From the IMG/VR virus record IMGVR_UViG_3300020213_000031: 64,000 nt of DNA. One strand, 5' to 3'. The translations under genes were made by a program, and so were the position numbers. Below, piece after piece: positions 30,245 through 39,464 of the stretch. Source of the stretch: a virus. The stretch's first letter is position 1. Every line of letters starts with the position of its first letter. The notes below the pieces were generated by a model. That model saw only the letters and a list, made by a program, of their open reading frames with translations. It was not told where the DNA came from and did not search any database.

Positions 30245-30858
30245 TCAGGCAGATGGGCGATTTTGGAGCGGACGACGAAGTTTACATGATCCACGTGGTC
30301 GTGGCTGGCGACTCTTTGTCGAAGATTTCAAAAGAATGGTACGGCGATTATTCACACGTCCAAGAGATTGCCGACCTGAATGGGATCGCCAATATAAATA
30401 ATATCAAAGTAGGACAAGTCTTGAAGCTCAAGAATCCGCAGATTCCTGAAGACATGCCGATCAAGCCTGGGCCTCCCCATCAGAGTCCAATCCTTGTGCC
30501 ATTGCCACAGCCAGCCCCACCAACTTACGACCTTCCTTACACGAGGCCAATTACGTTGCCTGCGCCGCCCAAGGAAATTCCGTACACGCAGCCGATCACG
30601 CTCCCCGCGTTGCCGCCACCCACGTCGGGCGTCCCCACGCCACCAGCCGCGTATGTGCCACCTAAGAATATTTCCATCATGGATTTTTTCCGCCAGGTGC
30701 CAACCCTCGCCGTGAAAAAATTCTTTGGTTTGACTGTGCTTCAATGGGCTGCGGTTACTGGTTTGGTTGGTTTGAGTATTGGGATGCTGACTTTAGGCAG
30801 CTCGAGAAAAACCGCGACGAATCCTAGACGGAAAAGAAACGCAATCCGGAGGAGATAA
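30241..30858 (+). CDS. LysM-domain protein with Pro-rich linker, TM anchor and basic NPRRKRN tail
   Basis: HVVVAGDSLSKISKEWYG...LKLKNP LysM signature; TM; C-terminal ATNPRRKRNAIRRR. Confidence 0.65.
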   Translation: MIRQMGDFGADDEVYMIHVVVAGDSLSKISKEWYGDYSHVQEIADLNGIANINNIKVGQVLKLKNPQIPEDMPIKPGPPHQSPILVPLPQPAPPTYDLPYTRPITLPAPPKEIPYTQPITLPALPPPTSGVPTPPAAYVPPKNISIMDFFRQVPTLAVKKFFGLTVLQWAAVTGLVGLSIGMLTLGSSRKTATNPRRKRNAIRRR

Positions 30859-31919
30859 TGCACTTTCTCAGCAATGTCGCTTTTGGCGATGTCGAAAATT
30901 CGGACATGACCTCGACGATCAAGGACGTGAGCGATCGTATTGCTGCGTCTTCCAATTATCAGACTTGCGCTCCCGGACAACTCGTTTCTGAATACGCCTC
31001 AACCGATTTATCAAAAACCAAGCCAACGCTTGATTTTACTCTTCCAGAAGTAAAAGCGTATGAAGCGTGCGGGGACGAGCGAACGAGAAAGCTCGCCTCC
31101 CTTGTGATGAATCTCTCCGACGAGGACGCTGCCGCAAACTTGGCGAAGGTTGATGATATCGATGGGCTGATTCGCGACATCAATGATTTCAAAACCTACC
31201 TTCAGGTAAAAATTCAAACCACGAAGGGTCTGACAACGCCGCAGTTTGATTCTTGGTATTATGAGCAATACTGGGGAAACTGGACGCTCTATCGCAGAGC
31301 CTCTGGCTTGTTCGGCGCAGAAAGCGTCAAACGTGCAAACAAAAAACAAGCCTTAGCGCAACTCGTAAAATCTCAAGCGAGCTTTCAGCTTTCAACGCAA
31401 ATTCAAGATTTCTATCTGGACTTGTCGAAAAAATACGGTCCCAGATTTTCCTTGGGCGAGCAAAAGAAGCTAAAAGATTTCTTCGTCGATACGACTGTGT
31501 ACGAGTGGAAGATTGAAGACTTTCTGTCGGTGGGTCAGCTTTTGGAGCGAGAACTCACACACGAGGACGTAGCGAAATATTATATGTACGTTCCGATGGC
31601 GGTGACGGGTTACTACTTCGAAGGAAAGGATAAATCTCCGACCGATTATGTGGCAAGAGTGAAAGAGTTCTCGGACGCTGCAAAAAGAGCGCTAACTTCT
31701 TTCATTGGCCCGCTTAATGGTGCTACAGCAATTTCGATGGACACCGCTTCCAAGATCGCGCAAAAGTGTAACAACGATGCCACCTGCATCGCGAATCACT
31801 TCCGCGACGTGGCCGCTGGCGCTGTGGAGCCAGTTGGTGATAAAGTAGGCGTAAGCGCTGGCACCGTTGTCTTTGTAGCCGCCACAACCTTTGTTTTATG
31901 GAAATTTCTTAAAAAGTAG
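30858..31919 (+). CDS. C-terminally membrane-anchored virion-module protein
   Basis: TAATG overlap; C-terminal TM VVFVAATTFVLWKFL. Confidence 0.45.
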   Translation: MHFLSNVAFGDVENSDMTSTIKDVSDRIAASSNYQTCAPGQLVSEYASTDLSKTKPTLDFTLPEVKAYEACGDERTRKLASLVMNLSDEDAAANLAKVDDIDGLIRDINDFKTYLQVKIQTTKGLTTPQFDSWYYEQYWGNWTLYRRASGLFGAESVKRANKKQALAQLVKSQASFQLSTQIQDFYLDLSKKYGPRFSLGEQKKLKDFFVDTTVYEWKIEDFLSVGQLLERELTHEDVAKYYMYVPMAVTGYYFEGKDKSPTDYVARVKEFSDAAKRALTSFIGPLNGATAISMDTASKIAQKCNNDATCIANHFRDVAAGAVEPVGDKVGVSAGTVVFVAATTFVLWKFLKK

Positions 31920-31930
31920 GAGAGAAGATT

Positions 31931-32626
31931 ATGGCAGACGAAAAAACCGCAGCCGCCGCGAAAAGCATTGGTACGACCGCCGCAGGCGCCGTGGGCACTA
32001 TATATGGAGGCCCAGCAGGTGGAGCCATTAGCTCGCAGGGCGCAGCCTCTCTTTGCGATTGCTGCTGTGGTGGGGCATCGAAATCTGCCGACCAGAAGAA
32101 AGCAATCGATCAGCAGCACCCCCTCACGGGTGATGCCGCCGTTGATGCTCAGATTCAAAAGCAGCGCGACGCCGAGTTCAAGAAATGGCAAACGCAGCAA
32201 GACGTTCAGCAATTTGAACAACTCCCCCCTGACACTCAGGCTCTTCTTCCAGGCATCAAGCAGTTCGCCGACAACCTTTACGCCCAGATTCCTGAAGCCG
32301 ACCACAACTTGACGCTCGCCGAGACCGTAGCGAAGTATCCTGAATTGTCGGAATCGGCATACGCGCAGATTCAAAAGGCCGTTCCGTCGCTCAAAAACAT
32401 GCCTCTGAGTTACGCCATGGCGCTCGCGAAGGCTTCCGGTGCCGATCAGATCAAGCTTTCGGAAATCAAAGCTCGTCTCGACAACGTGGCTCAGAATGCT
32501 CCTTCGGCTCAGAAGATCATGCAGGGGCAAAGTTCGAATATTGGGACTCTCGCCGTGGGTGGCGCAGCCCTTGTTGCGGGTCTTATCGGCATCGTGGTTC
32601 TCGTCAAAAAGATGGGTAAGCGATAA
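31931..32626 (+). CDS. C-terminally membrane-anchored protein with Gly/Ala-rich N-terminus and CDCCCGG motif
   Basis: C-terminal TM LVAGLIGIVVLV. Confidence 0.45.
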   Translation: MADEKTAAAAKSIGTTAAGAVGTIYGGPAGGAISSQGAASLCDCCCGGASKSADQKKAIDQQHPLTGDAAVDAQIQKQRDAEFKKWQTQQDVQQFEQLPPDTQALLPGIKQFADNLYAQIPEADHNLTLAETVAKYPELSESAYAQIQKAVPSLKNMPLSYAMALAKASGADQIKLSEIKARLDNVAQNAPSAQKIMQGQSSNIGTLAVGGAALVAGLIGIVVLVKKMGKR

Positions 32627-32729
32627 TTTTGCTTTGGCTGGCCTCGATAGGCTAGGCACAAGAAACAAAAGTCACTAAAATAAAGAAGCAGGCGCGGGAT
32701 GCGCTGCAAAGCCTTATAAGGAGATCGAA

Positions 32730-33248
32730 ATGCACAACCAATATCCCCAGATGGGATGCTCTGACGGCGCGATGGGTTACTATCACAAGGGACTTGGCAC
32801 CGTAATTTACGATGAACCAGGACAAATGAATGGCGGTCAGATGGGTGATGCACTCTCTAATCTCTTCGACGTTGTGAAAAACCAGATCCCCGGCCTCACG
32901 CAGAACGTTTTCGGGAATTGGCTTGCGACCACCAAAGAAGGCCAAACCTTCCAAAACCAGGCTGAAGCCCTTGGCGCTCAAGCCGCAGCCTCACAAATGG
33001 CCGCGCAAGACGCAACCTTTCGCCAGAATTTGCAAAGTTTTTACAATTCTCAGCTTTCGAGCCTGAAGCAAAACTACAAAACTTATTTGATGTACGCAGC
33101 CGTTGCCGCTGTGGTAGTTGGCGCCGTGATTTATTTCGGCCCAGCTATCAAACGCTCGCTTATGGGAAGCACCAGAGCTGTAGCAACGAATCCTCGCCGG
33201 AAAAGAAATTCTAGCCGTCGTCGTTCCAGGAAGTCGCGTCGTCGGTAA
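32730..33248 (+). CDS. membrane-anchored protein with basic NPRRKRN tail (paralogous tail to 30241-30858)
   Basis: TM + C-terminal ATNPRRKRNSSRRRSRKSRRR. Confidence 0.45.
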   Translation: MHNQYPQMGCSDGAMGYYHKGLGTVIYDEPGQMNGGQMGDALSNLFDVVKNQIPGLTQNVFGNWLATTKEGQTFQNQAEALGAQAAASQMAAQDATFRQNLQSFYNSQLSSLKQNYKTYLMYAAVAAVVVGAVIYFGPAIKRSLMGSTRAVATNPRRKRNSSRRRSRKSRRR

Positions 33249-33261
33249 AAAGGAGTTCTAA

Positions 33262-34281
33262 ATGAATCTTATTAATCTCGTTCTGCTTGGCCTTGGAGCC
33301 AAAGTTCTGCTTTCCAAGAGCGCACCCGTTCAAGCGAAAGCAATCGCTCCTTCTGGCAGCACCCTCGACCCCGCAACGAGCGGTGAGCTGTCTGTCGCTC
33401 CGTCGCCCTATGCGCCGAATGCCGCTCTTCCGAGTTCCAAAGACCCCTACAAGCGTCCTCCCACGGCTGTTCATGCTGGTGAAAATTGGGGCGACGACAA
33501 ACGCGCCCGCGAACGTGCCCTTCACAAGGCGCCGCTTTCTGCTGACTACGTTCCCGATTACAACGAGATGTATGAGGAAAAATACGGCGCCGACGCTCTC
33601 GCTGCTGAATCCGCTCCCCTTACTGTTGGCGGGAAGTCCGTGCAGCTCGAACGTCTGAACGAAGTCGCCAAACGTGCCTCATCTCGCGAGCGTGCCGCTC
33701 AGATTCGTGAACAGCGGATCGCCATGGATTACGACGAGAATGATGTATCGGTGGCAGAAGACGGCGGCATTGAATTGCACAAATATCGCCAATCTCGCGC
33801 CCTCGTGGCAGATGTAAATAAAGACGCGGCCATGGATGCTCGCTCCAGGGCAATCGAGATGGCTGAAGATGCTCAAGTGATTCGTGAGAACAGGAATCGG
33901 TCTGCGGCTCATGGTCGCGATATCGAACGTTCCATTCGCAGAGACATCGACCCCAACCTCGATATGGCTTTTCAACAAGGTTATCGCGGTCAGATGGGTG
34001 GAACTTTCACGAAAAATCCTGAAATGGGGTTTGCTGACGCTCAGCCTGTTTCTTTCCGCGAGGGGAATTTTGATCAGTCGGAAGTAGTCGCTTCTACTCC
34101 CTTCAACAATGCTCTTCGCTATGAAGACCTTTATGCGAAAGGTCAGGCCGATTGGCCTCTCGTTTCTCAGCAGAAGGATATGAATTCTGACTTTGCTGGA
34201 GTTCTCGTAAACGAGGCCGGTTCGGCAGATTTCTCGCACGACATTGTGTACGATGTGAAAGAAGATTTCGGGAGACGCTAA
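33262..34281 (+). CDS. N-terminal-TM virion-module protein
   Basis: N-terminal TM; charged helical body. Confidence 0.45.
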   Translation: MNLINLVLLGLGAKVLLSKSAPVQAKAIAPSGSTLDPATSGELSVAPSPYAPNAALPSSKDPYKRPPTAVHAGENWGDDKRARERALHKAPLSADYVPDYNEMYEEKYGADALAAESAPLTVGGKSVQLERLNEVAKRASSRERAAQIREQRIAMDYDENDVSVAEDGGIELHKYRQSRALVADVNKDAAMDARSRAIEMAEDAQVIRENRNRSAAHGRDIERSIRRDIDPNLDMAFQQGYRGQMGGTFTKNPEMGFADAQPVSFREGNFDQSEVVASTPFNNALRYEDLYAKGQADWPLVSQQKDMNSDFAGVLVNEAGSADFSHDIVYDVKEDFGRR

Positions 34282-34844
34282 TGGCTTACGCTATCGACAA
34301 ATCGGGCGGCAGTGGTGAGTTGACGACCTCCGAGCAGGCTTGGGCTAAGATCGACGAACTTCACAGGAATTTCGACGAGCTGATGACTAAGCGTCTCGAG
34401 GTTTACAAGACAATCTCAGCCATGCCGCTTGGCGCTGAGCGTGATTCCGCTGTTACGGAATTCAATGATATCGAGAATTCTTTCCTTAGTTACGTTTGGC
34501 CTGGAGTAAAGAAAATTTTCGATACACTTGGGTACGAAAGTCCGAACACGCAGCTTCCTGGAACCCTTGGTTTCCTTCCCGCCATTTGGGCAGCTTTCGT
34601 CGGAGCGAGCTGGGCGACACAGCTCATCGTTGCCGCATCTGCCGTGGCACTTATCGGCTACACGATTGAAATTACCGCTCGTTACTCAGCAATGCTCATT
34701 CGCCCAAGCCTCGCTCCGTATGTGAACAAGGGAAGCGTTTCAGACATCGTGAAAAGCTCGATGAAATATCTGGTTATTGGCGGTCTAGCTATCGCCGCGA
34801 TTTACGTTCTGGCACCGACGCTGCTCAAGGGAGCAAAAAGGTAA
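34281..34844 (+). CDS. polytopic membrane protein
   Basis: TAATG overlap; 2-3 hydrophobic helices. Confidence 0.45.
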   Translation: MAYAIDKSGGSGELTTSEQAWAKIDELHRNFDELMTKRLEVYKTISAMPLGAERDSAVTEFNDIENSFLSYVWPGVKKIFDTLGYESPNTQLPGTLGFLPAIWAAFVGASWATQLIVAASAVALIGYTIEITARYSAMLIRPSLAPYVNKGSVSDIVKSSMKYLVIGGLAIAAIYVLAPTLLKGAKR

Positions 34845-35566
34845 TGGCCGAATACGCTGCATGGGTTGATCGCATTTACGCTCAAGCGAAAGACGCCCGC
34901 GTAAAAGAGCTTGAGAAAATCATCTCAGCTTTTTCCGCTCGCTCAAAAACTGCGTACAACCTCGCGGAAGCCCTTTCAGACTTGAAAGAATTCGAAAAGC
35001 CTTCTTTCCTTACTCACCTTCATGAAGTGCCGCTCAAGGGCGGAAAGCCTGGAACCTTGGAGCATTGGAAGTTCGCTGGACCCGTATTGGCTGTGAAGCA
35101 CAAAAAATTGCCACTGATCCTGGCCGTCGCTAAAGACAACAAAGCCTTCACGGGAAAAAAGAATGAGAGCTTGGATTCTATCGAGAAGGACTTCGATATT
35201 CGCCAGGTGCTTTCATGGACGAATGTTGTTTCAAGAATGACCTCTAAACAGAAGAGCAAGCTCGCCTCCCTTCTGATCGACGGTATCGGCACCCAAAAGA
35301 AGACGAAAAAGCCCGAAGAGGTTTGGCTGTCTGACTTTATTGAGGGTGAAAAAGAGTTTCGTGTGATTGGGTTTGCAGCCAATGCACCCTATATCAACGT
35401 CGATCGCGCTTTCGGTGATACGAAGCCGATTTGGGTTCACCCATGGGGTATTCCCTCCCTGCTATTGAAGCACAAAACACTTCCCGTTATAATGATGGTA
35501 AGTCCGGCGATAAGGCTAAACGAAAACCTTCTAGGTTCTAGGAACATGGAGGGTTACACAGGCTAG
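34844..35566 (+). CDS. hypothetical virion-module protein
   Basis: TAATG overlap; no motif. Confidence 0.4.
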   Translation: MAEYAAWVDRIYAQAKDARVKELEKIISAFSARSKTAYNLAEALSDLKEFEKPSFLTHLHEVPLKGGKPGTLEHWKFAGPVLAVKHKKLPLILAVAKDNKAFTGKKNESLDSIEKDFDIRQVLSWTNVVSRMTSKQKSKLASLLIDGIGTQKKTKKPEEVWLSDFIEGEKEFRVIGFAANAPYINVDRAFGDTKPIWVHPWGIPSLLLKHKTLPVIMMVSPAIRLNENLLGSRNMEGYTG

Positions 35567-35690
35567 GCCCAAATAGGCTGCCGGAGGGGTAAAAATGAAG
35601 TTGCAGTACGTTTTCGGAGCAAATCCAGCTCCTAGCAAAAAAAAGATAGGCACAAGAAAAAATTCTCGTAAAATTGGAAAAGGAGGTCAC

Positions 35691-37082
35691 ATGGCTAAAA
35701 AGAAAGCCTCGCCCGCTCAGCGTGCGTGGAGAAAAGAATTCGGACGCTTGGCTCGGGCAGGAAAGCTTGGCAAGGCAAACCCCAAGGGCAAAAAGCGCAA
35801 GAACCCTAAAGTCGTGGTTCGCGTAAAAAAAGAAATGCCTGAAGAGAGTCATACCCTCTCGTGGCCCAACAAGGCTGAAGTAGAAGCTGCACGCGAAGAG
35901 CGTGACGCTGCTCGCGCTCAATTGGCTGCCATGCAGTCTGAGTACGATAGTCTTTACTCCTCTCCCTTCTCCCGCGATTTCGTGCTCAGCAAGAGCAAGA
36001 AAAACTATAGCGGATCAACCAATAAACTTGTGGCTGTAGAAAAGAAACTTGCCGCTCTCGAGCGCAAAGTTACAACGGCCAAAGAAAAATATGAAGAGCT
36101 TGTTACCAAGCGGAAAGGGACTATCGTGAGCAAGAAGAATTCCGGCAAAAAGCGCCGTAAACATAAGAGAAACCCAGGAAATCCTGATTACGGAATTATC
36201 GTTGCCGGTAATCCCAAGAAGAAAAAAGCCAAGAAGAAAAAAGCCAAAAAGAAAAAGGCTAAAAAGGCTAAAAAGCGCTCTTACAAGCGTAAATCCAAGC
36301 GTCGTAAGGCCCTCAAGGCTCTTCCGATGGTGATGAGCCACTCTTTCCCTCTCAGCAAAAAGCGTAAAGCTGGAATCTCTCGCAGACGCCGTTTGCGTGC
36401 AAAAGTTTCCATCGGCAACCCAGGCTCCGCAAAAGACATGCTCATGAAGTATGGCGTTGTGGCTCTGGCTGGTGCTGCGTACCCTTGGTACAACTACGCG
36501 ATCAAGCGCTTCATCGTGAAGGGTCTTGACGATCTGACGAAAGGTGCCGTAAGCCGCTTCCTCGGCCCCATCGACGCAAAAGTTCCGGGCGTAACTGCTC
36601 CCGGTATCGCTCTTGCTGTTGTGCTCGGTCTGAAGATCGCTGACGACAAATGGTCGTTCATGAAGAAGCTTGGCGCTCAAGCTGACATGGCCGAACAGGT
36701 ATTGGACACCATGGGCATCCTCGCCGCAGCCGAACTTGGCCGCGTAGGAGCTGCTTACGCCAAGATCGACCCCGTTGGGGCTGGTATGAGCGGCGTGGAC
36801 TTCTATCCTTCCAGCATGGCTGGTGCAGACTTTGGTTATCTGACCGATGGCTACCGTCAACGCGCTGGCGATTTCGGAAATGTGAAGTTCTTCCCTGCCG
36901 GTATGGCTGGAGTGGAATTTTATCCTCCCGGATCGCAAGGCGACCAAATGTATGTTCCTTCGATGAGGGATCAACTGCGCGAAGCCGAAGGCTTGGGCGA
37001 GACTCCCGAAATGGGCGGAATCCCCGAAGGCTTGGGCGAAATCCCTGAAGGCATGGGCGAAGACCCAGGCCAAATGGGCTAA
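35691..37082 (+). CDS. lysine-rich highly basic protein (DNA-binding/internal core protein candidate)
   Basis: AAGGAGGT RBS before ATG 35691; KKKKAKKKKAKKKKAKKAKKRSYKRKSKRRK tract. Confidence 0.5.
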   Translation: MAKKKASPAQRAWRKEFGRLARAGKLGKANPKGKKRKNPKVVVRVKKEMPEESHTLSWPNKAEVEAAREERDAARAQLAAMQSEYDSLYSSPFSRDFVLSKSKKNYSGSTNKLVAVEKKLAALERKVTTAKEKYEELVTKRKGTIVSKKNSGKKRRKHKRNPGNPDYGIIVAGNPKKKKAKKKKAKKKKAKKAKKRSYKRKSKRRKALKALPMVMSHSFPLSKKRKAGISRRRRLRAKVSIGNPGSAKDMLMKYGVVALAGAAYPWYNYAIKRFIVKGLDDLTKGAVSRFLGPIDAKVPGVTAPGIALAVVLGLKIADDKWSFMKKLGAQADMAEQVLDTMGILAAAELGRVGAAYAKIDPVGAGMSGVDFYPSSMAGADFGYLTDGYRQRAGDFGNVKFFPAGMAGVEFYPPGSQGDQMYVPSMRDQLREAEGLGETPEMGGIPEGLGEIPEGMGEDPGQMG

Positions 37083-37089
37083 CCCCCTC

Positions 37090-37152
37090 GGAGCGGGAAC
37101 TCAACCGCTCCAAAAATTTGAATTCCGCAAGGTAAGGGTTTGAACCTTGCGG
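37090..37152 (+). terminator. tandem stem-loops downstream of basic-protein gene (terminator candidate)
   Basis: GGAGCGG-8-CCGCTCC and CCGCAAGGT-10-ACCTTGCGG. Confidence 0.4.
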
Positions 37153-37250
37153 AGTTTGTAAACCAAATCAAGCCCATGGACAGTCACACGCCTATACAAA
37201 TATTTTTCGGGCGGCGACTTAAATGAAAACGAAAAAAGGAAACAAGCAAT

Positions 37251-37916
37251 ATGCCTATCGTAAGACTTCCCGGAGGCGACCTTCGTGACGAAATTCGCCA
37301 ACCTCTCTATGACACCCTCTCCGTAGCTGGTAGCGGTGTTACCTCGTTCACTGGCCTGCTCACTGGTTCGACCCCGAACGCATTCGACGGTCAACAGTTT
37401 TTCTCGAACATTCAAGGAAAGCAACGTTGGCAGACCAATATGCTGCAAGCAAACCTTCTCCAGACCGCTGTATCCTTCCGGATGCAAGGTATGGCGATCG
37501 ACGCCCAGTATGCTCAAGGTGTGCCCGCCGCTGACGCTCTCGTAGCGCTTCACGGCAGCTTCCTTCCCGCTGTTCAAGATTTCGCATCCCTGCGTCTTCG
37601 CATCGGTGAGAAAGACTACTGGGAAGGCCCGCTTTCCTATCAAATGGGTCGCATCGTTGGTAACGCCGGTCAACAAGCTTACCAGCACGCTGGTCAGCCT
37701 GCCGTTCAAGGCATCATCCTCGCCGGTCGCCATGTAGTGGACATCAATCCTCTGCAAGCTTTCTTCGCTCAACTGAGCGTTGACGTGCCTGCAAGCATCG
37801 ATGCTTCGAACGCTGCCGACCTCAACAAGAACAACGTTGGCAACGTAATCGCTGGCCTCGACATTGTTAACCTGAAGATGAGCCTCAAGGGTCTTCTTCG
37901 TCGCCCGGTTCAGTAA
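37251..37916 (+). CDS. abundant small beta-rich virion protein (major capsid/virion protein candidate)
   Basis: AAGGAAACAAGCAATATG RBS; followed by 190-nt hairpin-dense terminator region (37920-38060). Confidence 0.45.
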   Translation: MPIVRLPGGDLRDEIRQPLYDTLSVAGSGVTSFTGLLTGSTPNAFDGQQFFSNIQGKQRWQTNMLQANLLQTAVSFRMQGMAIDAQYAQGVPAADALVALHGSFLPAVQDFASLRLRIGEKDYWEGPLSYQMGRIVGNAGQQAYQHAGQPAVQGIILAGRHVVDINPLQAFFAQLSVDVPASIDASNAADLNKNNVGNVIAGLDIVNLKMSLKGLLRRPVQ

Positions 37917-38109
37917 CAGCCCGCCCGACCATCGGGAGGCGAAAGCCTCCTGAATGGGCTAGGGCTGCTGCACCGACAGTCCAAGGATGGTGTCGGAAGA
38001 AAAAGTTAGCTGGATGCCGCTGTTCATGGAGGGGAGCGGCGTCCTTTAACTTAAACCATATAGGTTTAAGTAATTCGCCCGACCAGTTCGGGTTATAGAG
38101 TTTCATCGA

Positions 38110-38781
38110 GTGGGGATTCTCCCCAAGCTCAGCAGCCGCCACGGCGGCCTGATCGCCTCGGGGAGAACATCTGGAATGGAAGACAATGATTTTCTCGAAG
38201 TCCGTAAACAAATCCGCAGAAAAGAACGCCTCGCCCGTAAGGAGCATCGTATGAGCAAACGGCTCGAAGAGAACATTTTGTCCTCTATCCCCTCAGGTCT
38301 TATTCCTGGAAACGTTGGCCCCTACGATTCTGTAGCATGGCCCTTTTCCTATACCGTGACTTTTGATTTTGGAGCCTCTCCCGTTACCTACGGCCCAAAT
38401 ACAAAACAAACGCAAAGCTTTCAAGTAACCCAAGAAGCTGCATTCATCTGTGGCTCGCTCTCGAGAAAATGTCTCGATGGTGGTCCCATGGGTGAACTTT
38501 CCCCACTTCAGTTGATTGTGCGAGATCGCCAATCCACTCGCCAATTCATGGATTTCCCCATTCCTCTTCAAGCCATTGCGAAAAAAACGCCGCAAACGAT
38601 TTGGGAAGTTCCACTCATCCTTATGCCGAGTGCGTTCCTCGACGTAGAGATGACGAGCTGGGCGCCTGTAGACCAAGTTACTGGCGGTCAGAGCAGCAAA
38701 ATTAGCATCACGTTTGCTGGATACCGCACGCGGACCAAAGACATTGGCACTGTGCTCAGCACCATCTTTGGTCGGAAGTAG
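38110..38781 (+). CDS. small beta-rich virion protein, paralog of 38790-39464
   Basis: Shared motifs WPF.Y/F...Q.QS/T.SF.VTQEAxF with next ORF; start may be internal Met. Confidence 0.45.
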   Translation: MGILPKLSSRHGGLIASGRTSGMEDNDFLEVRKQIRRKERLARKEHRMSKRLEENILSSIPSGLIPGNVGPYDSVAWPFSYTVTFDFGASPVTYGPNTKQTQSFQVTQEAAFICGSLSRKCLDGGPMGELSPLQLIVRDRQSTRQFMDFPIPLQAIAKKTPQTIWEVPLILMPSAFLDVEMTSWAPVDQVTGGQSSKISITFAGYRTRTKDIGTVLSTIFGRK

Positions 38782-38789
38782 GAGAAATT

Positions 38790-39464
38790 ATGGACTACCG
38801 CAAAATTCGCGACAACAACCGGAACCAGCAGATGAACTCGCAGCTCAACCGTCGCCTTGCCCCTCAGTCGGGCGCTGAAGGCAATGCTGGACGTGAGTTG
38901 CAAGACAAATTCTCGCACGGAATTCTTTCTGGAATTCAGCCCGGAAACATTGGCGACATCAACAGGGTCATTTGGCCCTTCGCCTTCCAATTTCAGACCG
39001 CCAATGGTGTCGTGCAAGATATTGAGCCTGGGCAATCGCAAACTCTATCCTTCTCTGTAACGCAGGAAGCTGGATTCTTGATGCGAACCATTTCGCACAG
39101 CACGTTTCGTAGACTCGGCGCCGTCGCGCCCTACTTCTACGAGTATGTGGACCCTTACTATTTCGATGAATCGTCAAATTCGCCAAACGGTCTTAGCTTT
39201 TCTCTGCAAGATGCAGTTTCGACGAGGCAATACACCGGCTCCCTGAACGGTCGCACGAACGAAGAAATTTCGATGCTTGGAAATGCGAACTACCCATTCG
39301 TTTACCCATCGACCGTGTTCTTGCTTCCTAATCAAACGATGCTGCTTAACCTGACGAACAACAGCCCAATTTCGGAAACGTACCGCACCTTCGTAACCGT
39401 TTGGGGTTACAGAATCCGCGTTGAGGATGCTCAACAAATCTTGTCGACTGTGAGGATGGGGTGA
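38790..39464 (+). CDS. small beta-rich virion protein, paralog of 38110-38781
   Basis: Shared motifs as above. Confidence 0.45.
   Translation: MDYRKIRDNNRNQQMNSQLNRRLAPQSGAEGNAGRELQDKFSHGILSGIQPGNIGDINRVIWPFAFQFQTANGVVQDIEPGQSQTLSFSVTQEAGFLMRTISHSTFRRLGAVAPYFYEYVDPYYFDESSNSPNGLSFSLQDAVSTRQYTGSLNGRTNEEISMLGNANYPFVYPSTVFLLPNQTMLLNLTNNSPISETYRTFVTVWGYRIRVEDAQQILSTVRMG

Noticed and set aside
31796-32668. 290-aa minus-strand ORF antisense to membrane protein gene 31931-32626
   Set aside because: Antisense to a gene in the tightly coupled plus-strand virion operon.
36015-37073. 352-aa minus-strand ORF antisense to the lysine-rich protein gene
   Set aside because: Mirror image of the AAG-repeat coding strand (gives FFL/LFG repeats); no RBS; plus-strand gene has a strong RBS and operon context.
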